This document shows positions 1 to 14,650 of a DNA stretch of 64,000 nucleotides, piece by piece. Both the position numbers and the translations under genes were made by a program. Source of the stretch: an uncultured bacterium (lineage in GTDB: Bacteria; Omnitrophota; Gorgyraeia; Ghiorseimicrobiales; Ghiorseimicrobiaceae); the NCBI GenBank assembly GCA_913009335.1, contig CAJVXN010000006.1, positions 562-64,561 on the forward strand, read 5' to 3'. Under the pieces are notes generated by a model. It worked only from the letters and a program-made list of their open reading frames with translations, was not told where the DNA came from and did not search any database. Within the stretch, counting starts at the first letter, position 1, and each line of letters opens with the position of its first letter.

Positions 1-1
1 G

Positions 2-883
2 ATACAAACTATTCTTGTTGAACGTGGCGGTATTGTATTGATAGATGAGGTTGAGCAGGGGCTAGAGCCAGATAGAGTTAAGCACTTGGTTAGATCTTTA
101 AAAAAAGACAACGCCGGTCAAATCTTTATGACAACTCATTCTAGTGAGGTGATAACAGAATTAGATGCCGATGATTTGGTAATTATCAATAACAACAAGG
201 GCAACATTACTGTATCATCACCAGATCAGAATTTCCAAGATATCATCAGGGCCTGCCCTGAGGCTGGGTATGCAAAAAAAGTAGTTGTCTGCGAGGGGAA
301 AACAGAAATAGGTATTTGCAGAGCTTTAGATACCTATCGTAAAACCCAAGCCAAGGAATGTATGTCTGTTAAAGGTTGTGTTTATGTTTATGGAGGTGGG
401 CATAACTTCACTGAGCGCGCAAATAAATTGAAAGAATTAGGAGTAGAAACTTGTGTTTTTTGTGATTCGGATGATACAATGCTAAATCCAACAAAGGAAG
501 ACCTGAAAACAGCAGGCGTAACAATATTTGATTGTGATGAGGGTAACGCTATTGAACAACAGGTGTTCCAAGATTTACCTTGGGAAGGAATAAAAACTTT
601 GTTGGACTATGTCATTAAATATAAAAAAATGACTGAAACTCAACTGAAAGACTCAATAAGATCGAAATGTGATGGCGATTTCCCCGATGATTTTAAAAAT
701 GCAGACACTCCTCAAATGAGAAAGGCAATAGCCGATGCTTCACTTGTTGGGGATAAAGAATGGTTTAAAAGAATAGATCGCGGCGAATTTATAGGGGGTA
801 TTATTTTTAAATACTTTGGAGATATGACTGATAAGAAAACAAAAAATCAGTTAGAAGGTCTTTCAAGTTGGATAGATGGATAA
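2..883 (+). CDS. OLD-family ATP-dependent nuclease (ABC ATPase + TOPRIM), GajA-like; 5' end lies outside the window
   Basis: Frame open from position 2; Walker B VLIDEVEQGLE, H-loop MTTHS, TOPRIM VVCEGKTE and CDSD; coupled to a UvrD-like helicase. Confidence 0.8.
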   Translation: MQTILVERGGIVLIDEVEQGLEPDRVKHLVRSLKKDNAGQIFMTTHSSEVITELDADDLVIINNNKGNITVSSPDQNFQDIIRACPEAGYAKKVVVCEGKTEIGICRALDTYRKTQAKECMSVKGCVYVYGGGHNFTERANKLKELGVETCVFCDSDDTMLNPTKEDLKTAGVTIFDCDEGNAIEQQVFQDLPWEGIKTLLDYVIKYKKMTETQLKDSIRSKCDGDFPDDFKNADTPQMRKAIADASLVGDKEWFKRIDRGEFIGGIIFKYFGDMTDKKTKNQLEGLSSWIDG

Positions 884-2313
884 TGGATTATGTAGATTTC
901 GTTTCAAAGGAAAAAAGTTTTGTTGTCGCCCCCGCAGGTTATGGTAAAACGCACGCCATAGCAATTTGTCTAAACCATACCCAAGGAAAACAACTTATAT
1001 TAACTCATACACATGCCGGAGTAGCTTCCTTAAAAGATAAGATACAAAGCCAGGAAATTTCAAATACTTTATATCGCGTTGAGACTATTACTAGTTTTGC
1101 TCAGAAATATGTTAATGCTTTTTATTGTGGTAATGATATTCCAGAACAGGATAATAGCAATGAATATTATCCGTTCATCATTGATAAGGCAAAAAGCTTG
1201 TTTAGAATAAACCCCATAAGAGATGTTGTTAGGTGTACATATGCAGGTCTATTTGTTGATGAATATCAAGATTGTAACATAGGACAACATAATCTTATAA
1301 AAGAATTAGCGTGTATATTACCTACTCGAATTTTAGGCGATCATCTGCAAGGAATATTTGATTTTAACGGTGATACATTAGTTGATTTTGAAGTTCATCT
1401 TTTCGATTTTGAAAAATTTCCTGATTTAGCTGAACCCTGGCGGTGGAAAAATAATAATCCAGAGCTAGGAGAAAGTTTGAAGTTGATACGCGAGTTACTA
1501 GAACAAAAAAAAAATATTGATTTAAGCAAACATGAGTCAAAAATTATTATTTTGGAAATAAATGAAAATGACAAATATACATATCAGTCGGAATACAATA
1601 AACAAATCTGGGCTTTGACTAATGAGGACAATGTGTTAATTATCCACCCGGATAGCACTAATTTAAACGTCAGGAAAGATTTCATAAGCAGATTTAACAA
1701 TTCTTTCATTTTAGTTGAGGCGATAGACAGCCAAGATTTTTACAAAATGTCAAAAAAATTTGATGGTATTAATACTACTAATGTTTTTAAAACTATATAC
1801 GATTTAGTTCCTAATATTTTTAATGGACGCACAAATAGAGATGTGTGGTTTAACTCAAACGGCGTCAAAAATAAACGGGCCAAAGAAGACAAGGCTCGCA
1901 TTGCCCCTATTTCTAAGGATATAGAACAACTAAAGCAAAAAATTTCTTTTGTGTTAATTTCAAATATATTAAAAAAGGTAAAAGAATTGCCTGGTGTAAA
2001 ATGCTATAGGCAAGAACTTTTATGGGATTTATGTGAGGCTCTTGAGCATGCGGGGAGTAAAGGCACATTGGTTCATGAAGAAATGAAAGAAATTAGGAAT
2101 CGTAAGCGCAGGGGAGGACGAAGGATTAGCGGACGATGCATAGGAACTACTTTATTAACTAAAGGATTAGAGTTTGATACAGTAGCCGTTTTAGATGCGC
2201 ATAATTTTAAATGCCGCAAAAATTTTTATGTTGCGATAACAAGGGCTTGTAAAAAACTAATAATATTTACAAATAATAAAATTCTTTTTCCTTATCATAA
2301 TTGTCATAATTGA
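883..2313 (+). CDS. UvrD/Rep-like SF1 helicase, GajB-like
   Basis: APAGYGKT, DEYQD, GDHLQGIF, TKGLEFD and YVAITRA motifs; TAATG stop/start overlap with the upstream nuclease. Confidence 0.8.
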   Translation: MDYVDFVSKEKSFVVAPAGYGKTHAIAICLNHTQGKQLILTHTHAGVASLKDKIQSQEISNTLYRVETITSFAQKYVNAFYCGNDIPEQDNSNEYYPFIIDKAKSLFRINPIRDVVRCTYAGLFVDEYQDCNIGQHNLIKELACILPTRILGDHLQGIFDFNGDTLVDFEVHLFDFEKFPDLAEPWRWKNNNPELGESLKLIRELLEQKKNIDLSKHESKIIILEINENDKYTYQSEYNKQIWALTNEDNVLIIHPDSTNLNVRKDFISRFNNSFILVEAIDSQDFYKMSKKFDGINTTNVFKTIYDLVPNIFNGRTNRDVWFNSNGVKNKRAKEDKARIAPISKDIEQLKQKISFVLISNILKKVKELPGVKCYRQELLWDLCEALEHAGSKGTLVHEEMKEIRNRKRRGGRRISGRCIGTTLLTKGLEFDTVAVLDAHNFKCRKNFYVAITRACKKLIIFTNNKILFPYHNCHN

Positions 2314-2399
2314 AATTGATTTTTTCCCTCGGCAATCACAGTCGTCCGGCTTCATTCGCCTTTGGCGTATTTCGCTACGGACTTTGTGCGCTTGCCTTC

Positions 2400-2420
2400 A
2401 CCCTCCTAAAAAAGGAGGGT
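2400..2420. terminator. Hairpin after the helicase gene, possible terminator
   Basis: ACCCTCCT-aaaaa-AGGAGGGT perfect 8-bp stem; no clear U-tract. Confidence 0.3.
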
Positions 2421-2540
2421 AATCCTTAATATTTTCCCCGCCGGCATCAAAAAAAGATTTCCCTATTATAAAAAATTTTTTGTTTTTCCCAAAAAGCCCG
2501 ACGAAAGCGGGTGCCTGAGGAAGGGTATCATAACTACGCT

Positions 2541-2755
2541 ATGATTGCACGATAACGCTGGTTTTGCAGGCTTGGAGTGCGGAAAGGGAAGGCACGACGA
2601 GTGCCGAAGCCCGCACGACAAGACTGCTTGTGAAAGCGAGCGGCCAAGCGAGCGAGGCAGTGAGCCTGAGCCCCAGCGAAGGCGAACGGTGAATACACCA
2701 ACCACGTAGCCCGCTGTAGCCGACGTTCAGGAGGCGCAAGCGGGCGGTGCATCAT
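2541..2755. other. GC-rich multi-hairpin non-coding element (structured RNA or ssDNA origin candidate)
   Basis: Outer stem ATGATTGCAC/GTGCATCAT; inner stems GTGCGG/CCGCAC, GGCAC/GTGCC, ACTGC/GCAGT, GCCCGCT/AGCGGGC; no credible ORF. Confidence 0.4.
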
Positions 2756-2828
2756 CAAGTCAATTCAGGACAGAAAACAGTAAAAAGGAATGGTTTGAAA
2801 TATTTGTAGAGAACAGACCAAGGGTCAG

Positions 2829-3003
2829 CCGAAGGTCCGGATGTAGACTTTTTGGGGCAAATTTTTGTAAATCTTTGATTTTTTTGACATTGTGATTTTC
2901 TTTCTGTTTCTGAAAACAAAAAATTAAAAGGGGGGAAAAGAGAAAAAGCAATTCTTTTTTGGGGCAAAGCACCGCCGACTGGCGGGGCGATTTTGATGTT
3001 TTT
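2829..3003 (-). repeat. Inverted copy of the recombinase 3' end / miaB 5' end (attP-like arm)
   Basis: Reverse complement aligns without gaps to 7424-7598; first 120 bp differ at one position, then about 8 mismatches; similarity stops just after CCTTCGG. Confidence 0.95.
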
Positions 3004-3120
3004 GCGTCTTGTCCTTCGGGCAATCCGCACGTCAATTCCCTAATTATCGTTAAAAAGCAGAAGAAAAAGAAAACCCCCGCCCGAAATATTTAGAGTAAAT
3101 ATTTCCCCCTATTAAACTTC

Positions 3121-3149
3121 TTGACAATTTGTGTAAAGTAACGTAAAGT
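3121..3149 (+). promoter_or_regulatory. Sigma70-type promoter of the HTH-ATPase-recombinase operon
   Basis: TTGACA-17 bp-TAAAGT; overlapping GTAAAGTA direct repeats 10 bp apart. Confidence 0.6.
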
Positions 3150-3159
3150 ATAGATCATT

Positions 3160-3342
3160 ATGAAAAAGAGATATAATCTTAGCGAAGCGGCAGAAATATT
3201 AGGCTTAACTCGTCAAGGGCTTTATTATTGGATAAAGAAGGGATGGGTAACTCCTAAACGTGATTATAAAGGCCACCCTGTGTTTATGGATGCTGATTTA
3301 AAAAAAATTAAAAAATGGAAAGATAAATTAGAAGAGGTTTGA
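3160..3342 (+). CDS. MerR/excisionase-like helix-turn-helix protein
   Basis: YNLSEAAEILGLTRQGLYYWIKKG winged-HTH pattern; 60 aa; first gene of the recombinase operon. Confidence 0.75.
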   Translation: MKKRYNLSEAAEILGLTRQGLYYWIKKGWVTPKRDYKGHPVFMDADLKKIKKWKDKLEEV

Positions 3343-3344
3343 TT

Positions 3345-9423
<6,079 letters not shown>

Positions 9424-9463
9424 GTATATTTCGATTAAAATTTTAATTTAGAAAAAATATGCC

Positions 9464-10318
9464 ATGAAAAAACATTCAAAAAAAATAATCTATCTTGTCT
9501 ACATAGTGGTTGCTTTTTTGACATTATCTTTTTATCTTTTAAATAAGGACGGTATAACGCTTACTCCTTTTTTTAAAGCGATAAATAATATATCTAAGAC
9601 TGTATCCTGGTCTGCGCAAAACAAAGAAGAGCTTAAGTTAGAGAAACTCATCGCGCATGCCGCAGGCGAGATAAAAAGCATATCCAGCACTAATTCATTA
9701 GAGGCTCTGGATAAAAACTATGCTAATGGATTTCGATTTATAGAACTTGATTTTGAATGGACAAGTGATGAGCATTTGGTTTTAATCCATGATTGGAAAA
9801 AATCAATGACAAGGCTTTTTAACGAATCGCCTGGAAATTATACATTGCGTGAGTATGAAAATCTAAATATGATTAACGGATTAACACAAATGACGCTGGA
9901 TGATTTAGCCAAATGGGTAAGAAGGCATCAAGATGTGTATATCGTTACAGATATTAAACGATATAATAGTAAGGGCCTGAGGCTAATTAGTGATCGTTTC
10001 CCGGGAATAGTTGGTAATTTTATACCGCAGATTTATTATTTCCAAGAGTATTGGCTGGCGCGCAAGATGGGATATAAGCATATTATTTTAACGCTCTATC
10101 GCTCGGAATATAGCGATGAGGAAATTTTATCTTTTGTGAGCAAGAATTATTTAGCTGCGGTAACTATGCCGATTAAGCGGGCGAATACGCGCTTACCCGC
10201 AAAATTAAAGCAGATGGGAGTATCAACGTATGCTCACACTGTAAATACCGTCTCGCTGCAAAATCAATTATACACCAATGATGTCTTTGGGGTTTACACG
10301 GATAGCCTGAATCCTTAA
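9464..10318 (+). CDS. Glycerophosphodiester phosphodiesterase-family protein with N-terminal membrane anchor
   Basis: IAHAAG, NSLEA, IELDF, LVLIHDW. Confidence 0.75.
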   Translation: MKKHSKKIIYLVYIVVAFLTLSFYLLNKDGITLTPFFKAINNISKTVSWSAQNKEELKLEKLIAHAAGEIKSISSTNSLEALDKNYANGFRFIELDFEWTSDEHLVLIHDWKKSMTRLFNESPGNYTLREYENLNMINGLTQMTLDDLAKWVRRHQDVYIVTDIKRYNSKGLRLISDRFPGIVGNFIPQIYYFQEYWLARKMGYKHIILTLYRSEYSDEEILSFVSKNYLAAVTMPIKRANTRLPAKLKQMGVSTYAHTVNTVSLQNQLYTNDVFGVYTDSLNP

Positions 10319-10330
10319 GTTTTACTTTAA

Positions 10331-11239
10331 ATGAAGAAACAAATAATTTTTATAGTCGGCGCAACTGCAACAGGGAAAACTAAGTTTGCGCATCTTCTGG
10401 CTAAAAAAATTAATGGGGAAATTATATCAGCTGATTCGGTAAGTATTTATCGCGGCATGGATATAATAAGCTCTAAGCCGTCGGGACTGATGCGTAATGA
10501 AATGCTCTATTATTTGGTTGATGTTGTCAGCGTTGGGCGGGAATATAATGTTGCTAAATTTGTAAAGGCCGTTGCAAGTCAGGTTCGGCAAATTTTACGC
10601 AGGGAAAAAGTACCTATAATTGTAGGCGGGAGTGGATTGTATGTGGATAGCTTGCTTTACGGTTTATTTAAAGCGAGAGCGTCAAACCTTAAGCTGCGTA
10701 AAAAACTCAATTATGAAGCAGAGCGTTTTGGCTCAGAGAAGCTCTATCGTCGTTTAGAGGTATTGGACCCTGAGGCCGCGGCAAAAATTCATCCAAATAA
10801 CACTCGGCGTATAATTCGCGCGTTAGAGGTATGTATCGAAACAGGCGATAAGTTTTCAAAGTTAAAAGAAAAAAGGAGCGGATTGGTAGATAAGTATGAG
10901 GTTAAAATTTTCGGTCTTAATTTAAAAAGAGATATTCTTTATACGCGCATTGATCAGCGAGTAGATAAAATGTTTAAGGATGACCTGGTAGAAGAAGTAA
11001 AGTCATTATTTAAGTCTAAATTAAGCAAAACTGCAAATCAGGCATTAGGCATAAAAGAGATAAGAGGATATTTAGGCGGCGATTATGATATTGCGAGAGC
11101 GGCTTATCTTCTTAAGCGTAATACGCGGCATTTTGCCAAACGTCAGATTACCTGGTTTAAACGTAATAAGGCAATTATTTGGATTGATGCGGAAAGTACA
11201 GCTCGTAAAAAGATCAACACCGTAATTTCTCAGATATAA
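10331..11239 (+). CDS. miaA: tRNA dimethylallyltransferase
   Basis: GATATGKT, IISADS, VGGSGLY, RRIIRALEV, AKRQITWF. Confidence 0.97.
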   Translation: MKKQIIFIVGATATGKTKFAHLLAKKINGEIISADSVSIYRGMDIISSKPSGLMRNEMLYYLVDVVSVGREYNVAKFVKAVASQVRQILRREKVPIIVGGSGLYVDSLLYGLFKARASNLKLRKKLNYEAERFGSEKLYRRLEVLDPEAAAKIHPNNTRRIIRALEVCIETGDKFSKLKEKRSGLVDKYEVKIFGLNLKRDILYTRIDQRVDKMFKDDLVEEVKSLFKSKLSKTANQALGIKEIRGYLGGDYDIARAAYLLKRNTRHFAKRQITWFKRNKAIIWIDAESTARKKINTVISQI

Positions 11240-11264
11240 ATAATTTCACTTAACGAGGATAATA

Positions 11265-11813
11265 ATGAAAGTAGCGGTTGTTTTATTTTTTTTACTTTTT
11301 ATTATTAATTCGTATAATATCCGCGCTGAAGATGCGGCTTTTGATCATCGGCAGGATAAAAAGGAGATATGTGTTATGAAATTTAAGGTTAAGGATATTA
11401 TGCATAATCAGAGTATTCCTTCACAGTATACCTGTGATGGAAATGATGTATCGCCGGAGATTTCCTGGGGAGAGCTGCCTGAGGGTACGCTTAGCCTGGC
11501 ATTAAGCGTGATTGATCCGGATGCCCCTATGGGAGCTTTTACACATTGGCTGGTTTACGATATCGACCCTAATGCCGGTAGTATTCCTATGGGTGGGCCT
11601 CTGCCCGCGGGCACAAAGGAAGCAGAAAATGATTTTGGTGCAACTAATTATGACGGGCCTTGTCCACCTTCGGGGGAGCACCGCTATTTCTTTACTCTTT
11701 ACGCGCTTGATGTAACTTATTTAGAGGGTGCGACTAAAGCAAGCTTTCAAACTCTTGTTAAGCAACACATGATTGATTCTGCTGAGGTGGTTGGTTTATA
11801 TAAACGCAACTAA
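11265..11813 (+). CDS. YbhB/YbcL (PEBP) family protein
   Basis: YTCDG, DPDAP, FTHW, YDGPCPP, HRYFF. Confidence 0.93.
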   Translation: MKVAVVLFFLLFIINSYNIRAEDAAFDHRQDKKEICVMKFKVKDIMHNQSIPSQYTCDGNDVSPEISWGELPEGTLSLALSVIDPDAPMGAFTHWLVYDIDPNAGSIPMGGPLPAGTKEAENDFGATNYDGPCPPSGEHRYFFTLYALDVTYLEGATKASFQTLVKQHMIDSAEVVGLYKRN

Positions 11814-11868
11814 ATAGATAGCTAGTGAGTAATGTCAATAGGTCGGAGGCATTTCCTTGTAGCTTTAA

Positions 11869-12897
11869 TCAGGCAAGTGTTGAAATCATATCAAGAAGTT
11901 GTTTTTTTGTTTTTAGCTCAGAAAGGATGCCGCGGACTTTTCTAGCGTGGGGTATTCCTTTTAGGTATAGCGGCAAAAAAAGACGCATACGTAACACAGC
12001 ACTTTTCTCACCGTATAGTTTTGAGGCTAATCCAAGATGCAGCTTAATAGTTTTGATTCGTTCGGCAATTGTCGATATTCTGCGCAGTTTACCCGTTTTT
12101 AAAAAATATTGACTGTGTTTAAAAATCCAGGGGTTGCCCATGGCCCCGCGTGCTACTAATACAGCATCGCACCCGGTTTGTGTAAGCATTCGCTTTACGT
12201 CTTCCGGTCCGAATACGTCGCCGCTTCCAATAACTGGAATATTAACTTCGTCTTTAACTCTGGCGATTATGTCATAATCTGCTTTTCCGCGGTAGAGTTG
12301 TTCTTTTGTCCGGGCGTGAATGAATACGGCGCTTGCGCCAGCATCTTGGAGTCGCTTTGCAATAGAGACGGCATTAATATTATCCTTGGACCAGCCGCTT
12401 CTTATTTTTACAGTAATTGGAATTGTCGCGTTAGAAGTTAATTTTTTAACAATGCTTGCGAGTAATTTCGGTTCCTTCATCAGTGCTACGCCTTCACCGC
12501 GCCGAGCTACTTTTCTTACCGGGCAGGCTGCGTTAAAGTCCAGGAGTTTGACTTTAGTTTTTTGGATAACATCTTGCGCATTTAGAAGCATATCTATGTC
12601 TCTACCTAAAACCTGTGCCCCTAAAGGACTATCTTTACGGTTTGATGAAAGCATGCTTTTAGTTTTTTTGCTTTTATATTTAATTGATGCGGCATTGAGC
12701 ATTTCGGTAAAGGCAAATTTGCAGCCAAAATCACGGCAAAGCGTACGAAAAGAAAGGTCTGATATTCCGGATAATGGAGCAAGTATGAGCTGAGTATTTA
12801 TTTTTAGATTGCCGATTTTAAACCCCGTTAGAGATAGGTCGTCTTTAGACGACCGTCTATCAGGAATAAGGTTATTAGATAAAGCTTGTTTTTCCAT
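11869..12897 (-). CDS. dusB: tRNA dihydrouridine synthase; ancestral start (ATG at 12952) separated by a 123-bp insertion, in-frame ATG at 12897
   Basis: LAPLSG, NAACPV, TVKIRSGW, IHART, ARGAMGNPW; start position uncertain. Confidence 0.9.
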   Translation of the reverse strand: MEKQALSNNLIPDRRSSKDDLSLTGFKIGNLKINTQLILAPLSGISDLSFRTLCRDFGCKFAFTEMLNAASIKYKSKKTKSMLSSNRKDSPLGAQVLGRDIDMLLNAQDVIQKTKVKLLDFNAACPVRKVARRGEGVALMKEPKLLASIVKKLTSNATIPITVKIRSGWSKDNINAVSIAKRLQDAGASAVFIHARTKEQLYRGKADYDIIARVKDEVNIPVIGSGDVFGPEDVKRMLTQTGCDAVLVARGAMGNPWIFKHSQYFLKTGKLRRISTIAERIKTIKLHLGLASKLYGEKSAVLRMRLFLPLYLKGIPHARKVRGILSELKTKKQLLDMISTLA

Positions 12898-12945
12898 AAA
12901 ATGATTAAATTGGGATAAACGGTATAAGGGCAATCTCTAATGGGG
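12823..12945. mobile_element. 123-bp MITE-like element, copy 1 (in dusB start)
   Basis: Terminal inverted repeats CCCCGTTAGAGAT/ATCTCTAATGGGG; flanking TAAA duplication; removal restores ATG TTT AAA ATC GGC. Confidence 0.85.
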
Positions 12946-12958
12946 TAAACATGTTGCT

Positions 12959-12987
12959 ATTTTAAGCTAAAGTCGGGATTTAGGCAA
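12959..12987 (-). promoter_or_regulatory. Sigma70 promoter of dusB (leaderless relative to the ancestral ATG)
   Basis: TTGCCT-17 bp-TAAAAT, then 6 nt to the ATG at 12952. Confidence 0.6.
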
Positions 12988-13088
12988 TAGAAACCTTAAA
13001 ATTTTTTACCTAGATTTTGTAAAGCAAAATCTACCCGCCTGTGCCGATAGAATTATGCATATAAATCTATTGGTATTGGCCGATTGAT

Positions 13089-13135
13089 TAGACCCATCCG
13101 CTAAAGGTATCAGGATGGTCTATCCCTGTGGATTA
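13089..13135 (+). repeat. About 47-bp double-hairpin repeat, copy 1
   Basis: AGACCCATCC...GGATGGTCT-ATCC ctgt GGAT; related copies at 17777, 31576 and 52679. Confidence 0.75.
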
Positions 13136-13195
13136 AATCTGAAAGATTTAATCATGCTATCGGGGTACCTATTCGGTAAAAACACCAATTTTTAC

Positions 13196-13224
13196 TTGCT
13201 TTTTTACTTATAACACGGTAAACT
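13196..13224 (+). promoter_or_regulatory. Sigma70 promoter upstream of icd
   Basis: TTGCTT-17 bp-TAAACT. Confidence 0.45.
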
Positions 13225-13317
13225 TAAAGCATTGTGAATTCTGCTGTTCTGTCAAGCTATAAAGCATTATAATGCTAGTGAGATAGTGATTTTCAATTAA
13301 CAAGAAATGGAGAGATT

Positions 13318-14400
13318 GTGAAGCATAAGGTTACTTTTATTCCTGGTGATGGCATAGGGCCAGAAGTTGCGAGTGCGGCAAAAGCCTGTATTGAAGCAAC
13401 GGGAGTTGATATTGAATGGGAAGAGGTAATTTGCGGTGAGGCCGCACTTAAAGATTTTTCAACACCCTTGCCTGAAGAAGCGCTCAATTCCATACGAAAG
13501 AACAAGGTGGCGATTAAAGGTCCGATTACAACTCCTGTAGGCAGCGGGTTTCGTTCGGTTAATGTAGGTATACGTCAGGCATTGGATCTTTATGCTTGTC
13601 TTCGGCCGGCAAAGTATTATGAGGGCGTACAAAGCAGGTATAAGGATATTGACCTGGTGGTTGTTCGGGAAAATACAGAAGATTTATATGCCGGTATAGA
13701 ATTTGAAGAAGGAAAGGACCAGACTCTAGGGCTCATTGAAGAAATCAATAAAATGAGTACCCGTAAGATAAAAAAAGATTCAGGTGTTAGCATTAAGCCG
13801 ATATCGCGCTCTGCTTCAGAAAAAATTGTACGCTTCGCGTTTGAGTATGCTTTAAAAAACAATAGGCGTAAGGTTACCTGTGTTCATAAAGCAAATATTA
13901 TGAAGTTTTCCGATGGATTATTTCTTTCTTGCGCGCGCAGCGTAGCGAAAGAGTACGAGGGAAAGATTGAATTTAATGATACGATAGTTGATAATTTATC
14001 TATGCAGTTAGTCAAAGTTCCGCATAATTTTGATGTTTTAGTTCTTCCGAATTTGTATGGCGATATAATTTCTGATCTTTGCGCCGGGTTAGTCGGTGGA
14101 TTAGGTATGGCTCCGGGCGCGAATATCGGCGATGGAATAGCTGTGTTTGAACCCGTTCATGGATCTGCCCCGAAATATAAAGGGAAAAATAAGGTCAATC
14201 CTACCGCTACTATTCTCTCGGGAGTATTGATGCTTAAGTATTTAAAGGAGATTGATGCGGCAGAGCGCTTGAGAATGGCAGTTGCGGAGGTTATAAAAGA
14301 AGGCATTTCTGTGACTTATGATTTTAAAGAAGATAGAGATGATCCTTCTGCTGTAGGCACACGGGAAATGTGTGAAGCCATCATTAAAAAAATGGAATAA
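13318..14400 (+). CDS. icd: Isocitrate/isopropylmalate dehydrogenase family (probable isocitrate dehydrogenase)
   Basis: GDGIGPEV, GFRSVNV, RENTEDLY, HKANIMK, NLYGDIISD, EPVHGSAP. Confidence 0.8.
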   Translation: MKHKVTFIPGDGIGPEVASAAKACIEATGVDIEWEEVICGEAALKDFSTPLPEEALNSIRKNKVAIKGPITTPVGSGFRSVNVGIRQALDLYACLRPAKYYEGVQSRYKDIDLVVVRENTEDLYAGIEFEEGKDQTLGLIEEINKMSTRKIKKDSGVSIKPISRSASEKIVRFAFEYALKNNRRKVTCVHKANIMKFSDGLFLSCARSVAKEYEGKIEFNDTIVDNLSMQLVKVPHNFDVLVLPNLYGDIISDLCAGLVGGLGMAPGANIGDGIAVFEPVHGSAPKYKGKNKVNPTATILSGVLMLKYLKEIDAAERLRMAVAEVIKEGISVTYDFKEDRDDPSAVGTREMCEAIIKKME

Positions 14401-14406
14401 GATTTA

Positions 14407-14650
14407 CCCCGATAGTAAAACACTGTCCCTGAGAAATTCACCCTCTGGAATTTCAGAGAAATTCCGAGGACTTAGTCCCGGGAATCCGAAGGATTCCACG
14501 GGGAAAGAATTTCCAGGACTAAAATCCCTGAAATCGCAACGCGATTTCTAGGGGGAAAATTTATTCCAAATTTTTTTGTAACTATCGGGATCAATTCAGC
14601 CAAATAACTTATACCACCTTACAGGTTCTATAAGTTACGGCTTCATTGAA
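14407..14650 (+). repeat. Composite hairpin element with nested insert (about 14426-14554), ending at the kinase ATG
   Basis: Homologous to 40309-40423 apart from the nested palindromic insert. Confidence 0.8.

Noticed and set aside
2577-2755. Group II intron or retron RNA (starts GTGCG)
   Set aside because: No domain V/VI motif recognised and no reverse transcriptase nearby; kept only as an unassigned structured element
2466-3035. Short minus-strand ORFs as real genes
   Set aside because: They overlap in several frames across structured DNA; 2755-3030 is only the duplicated recombinase tail with no catalytic domain
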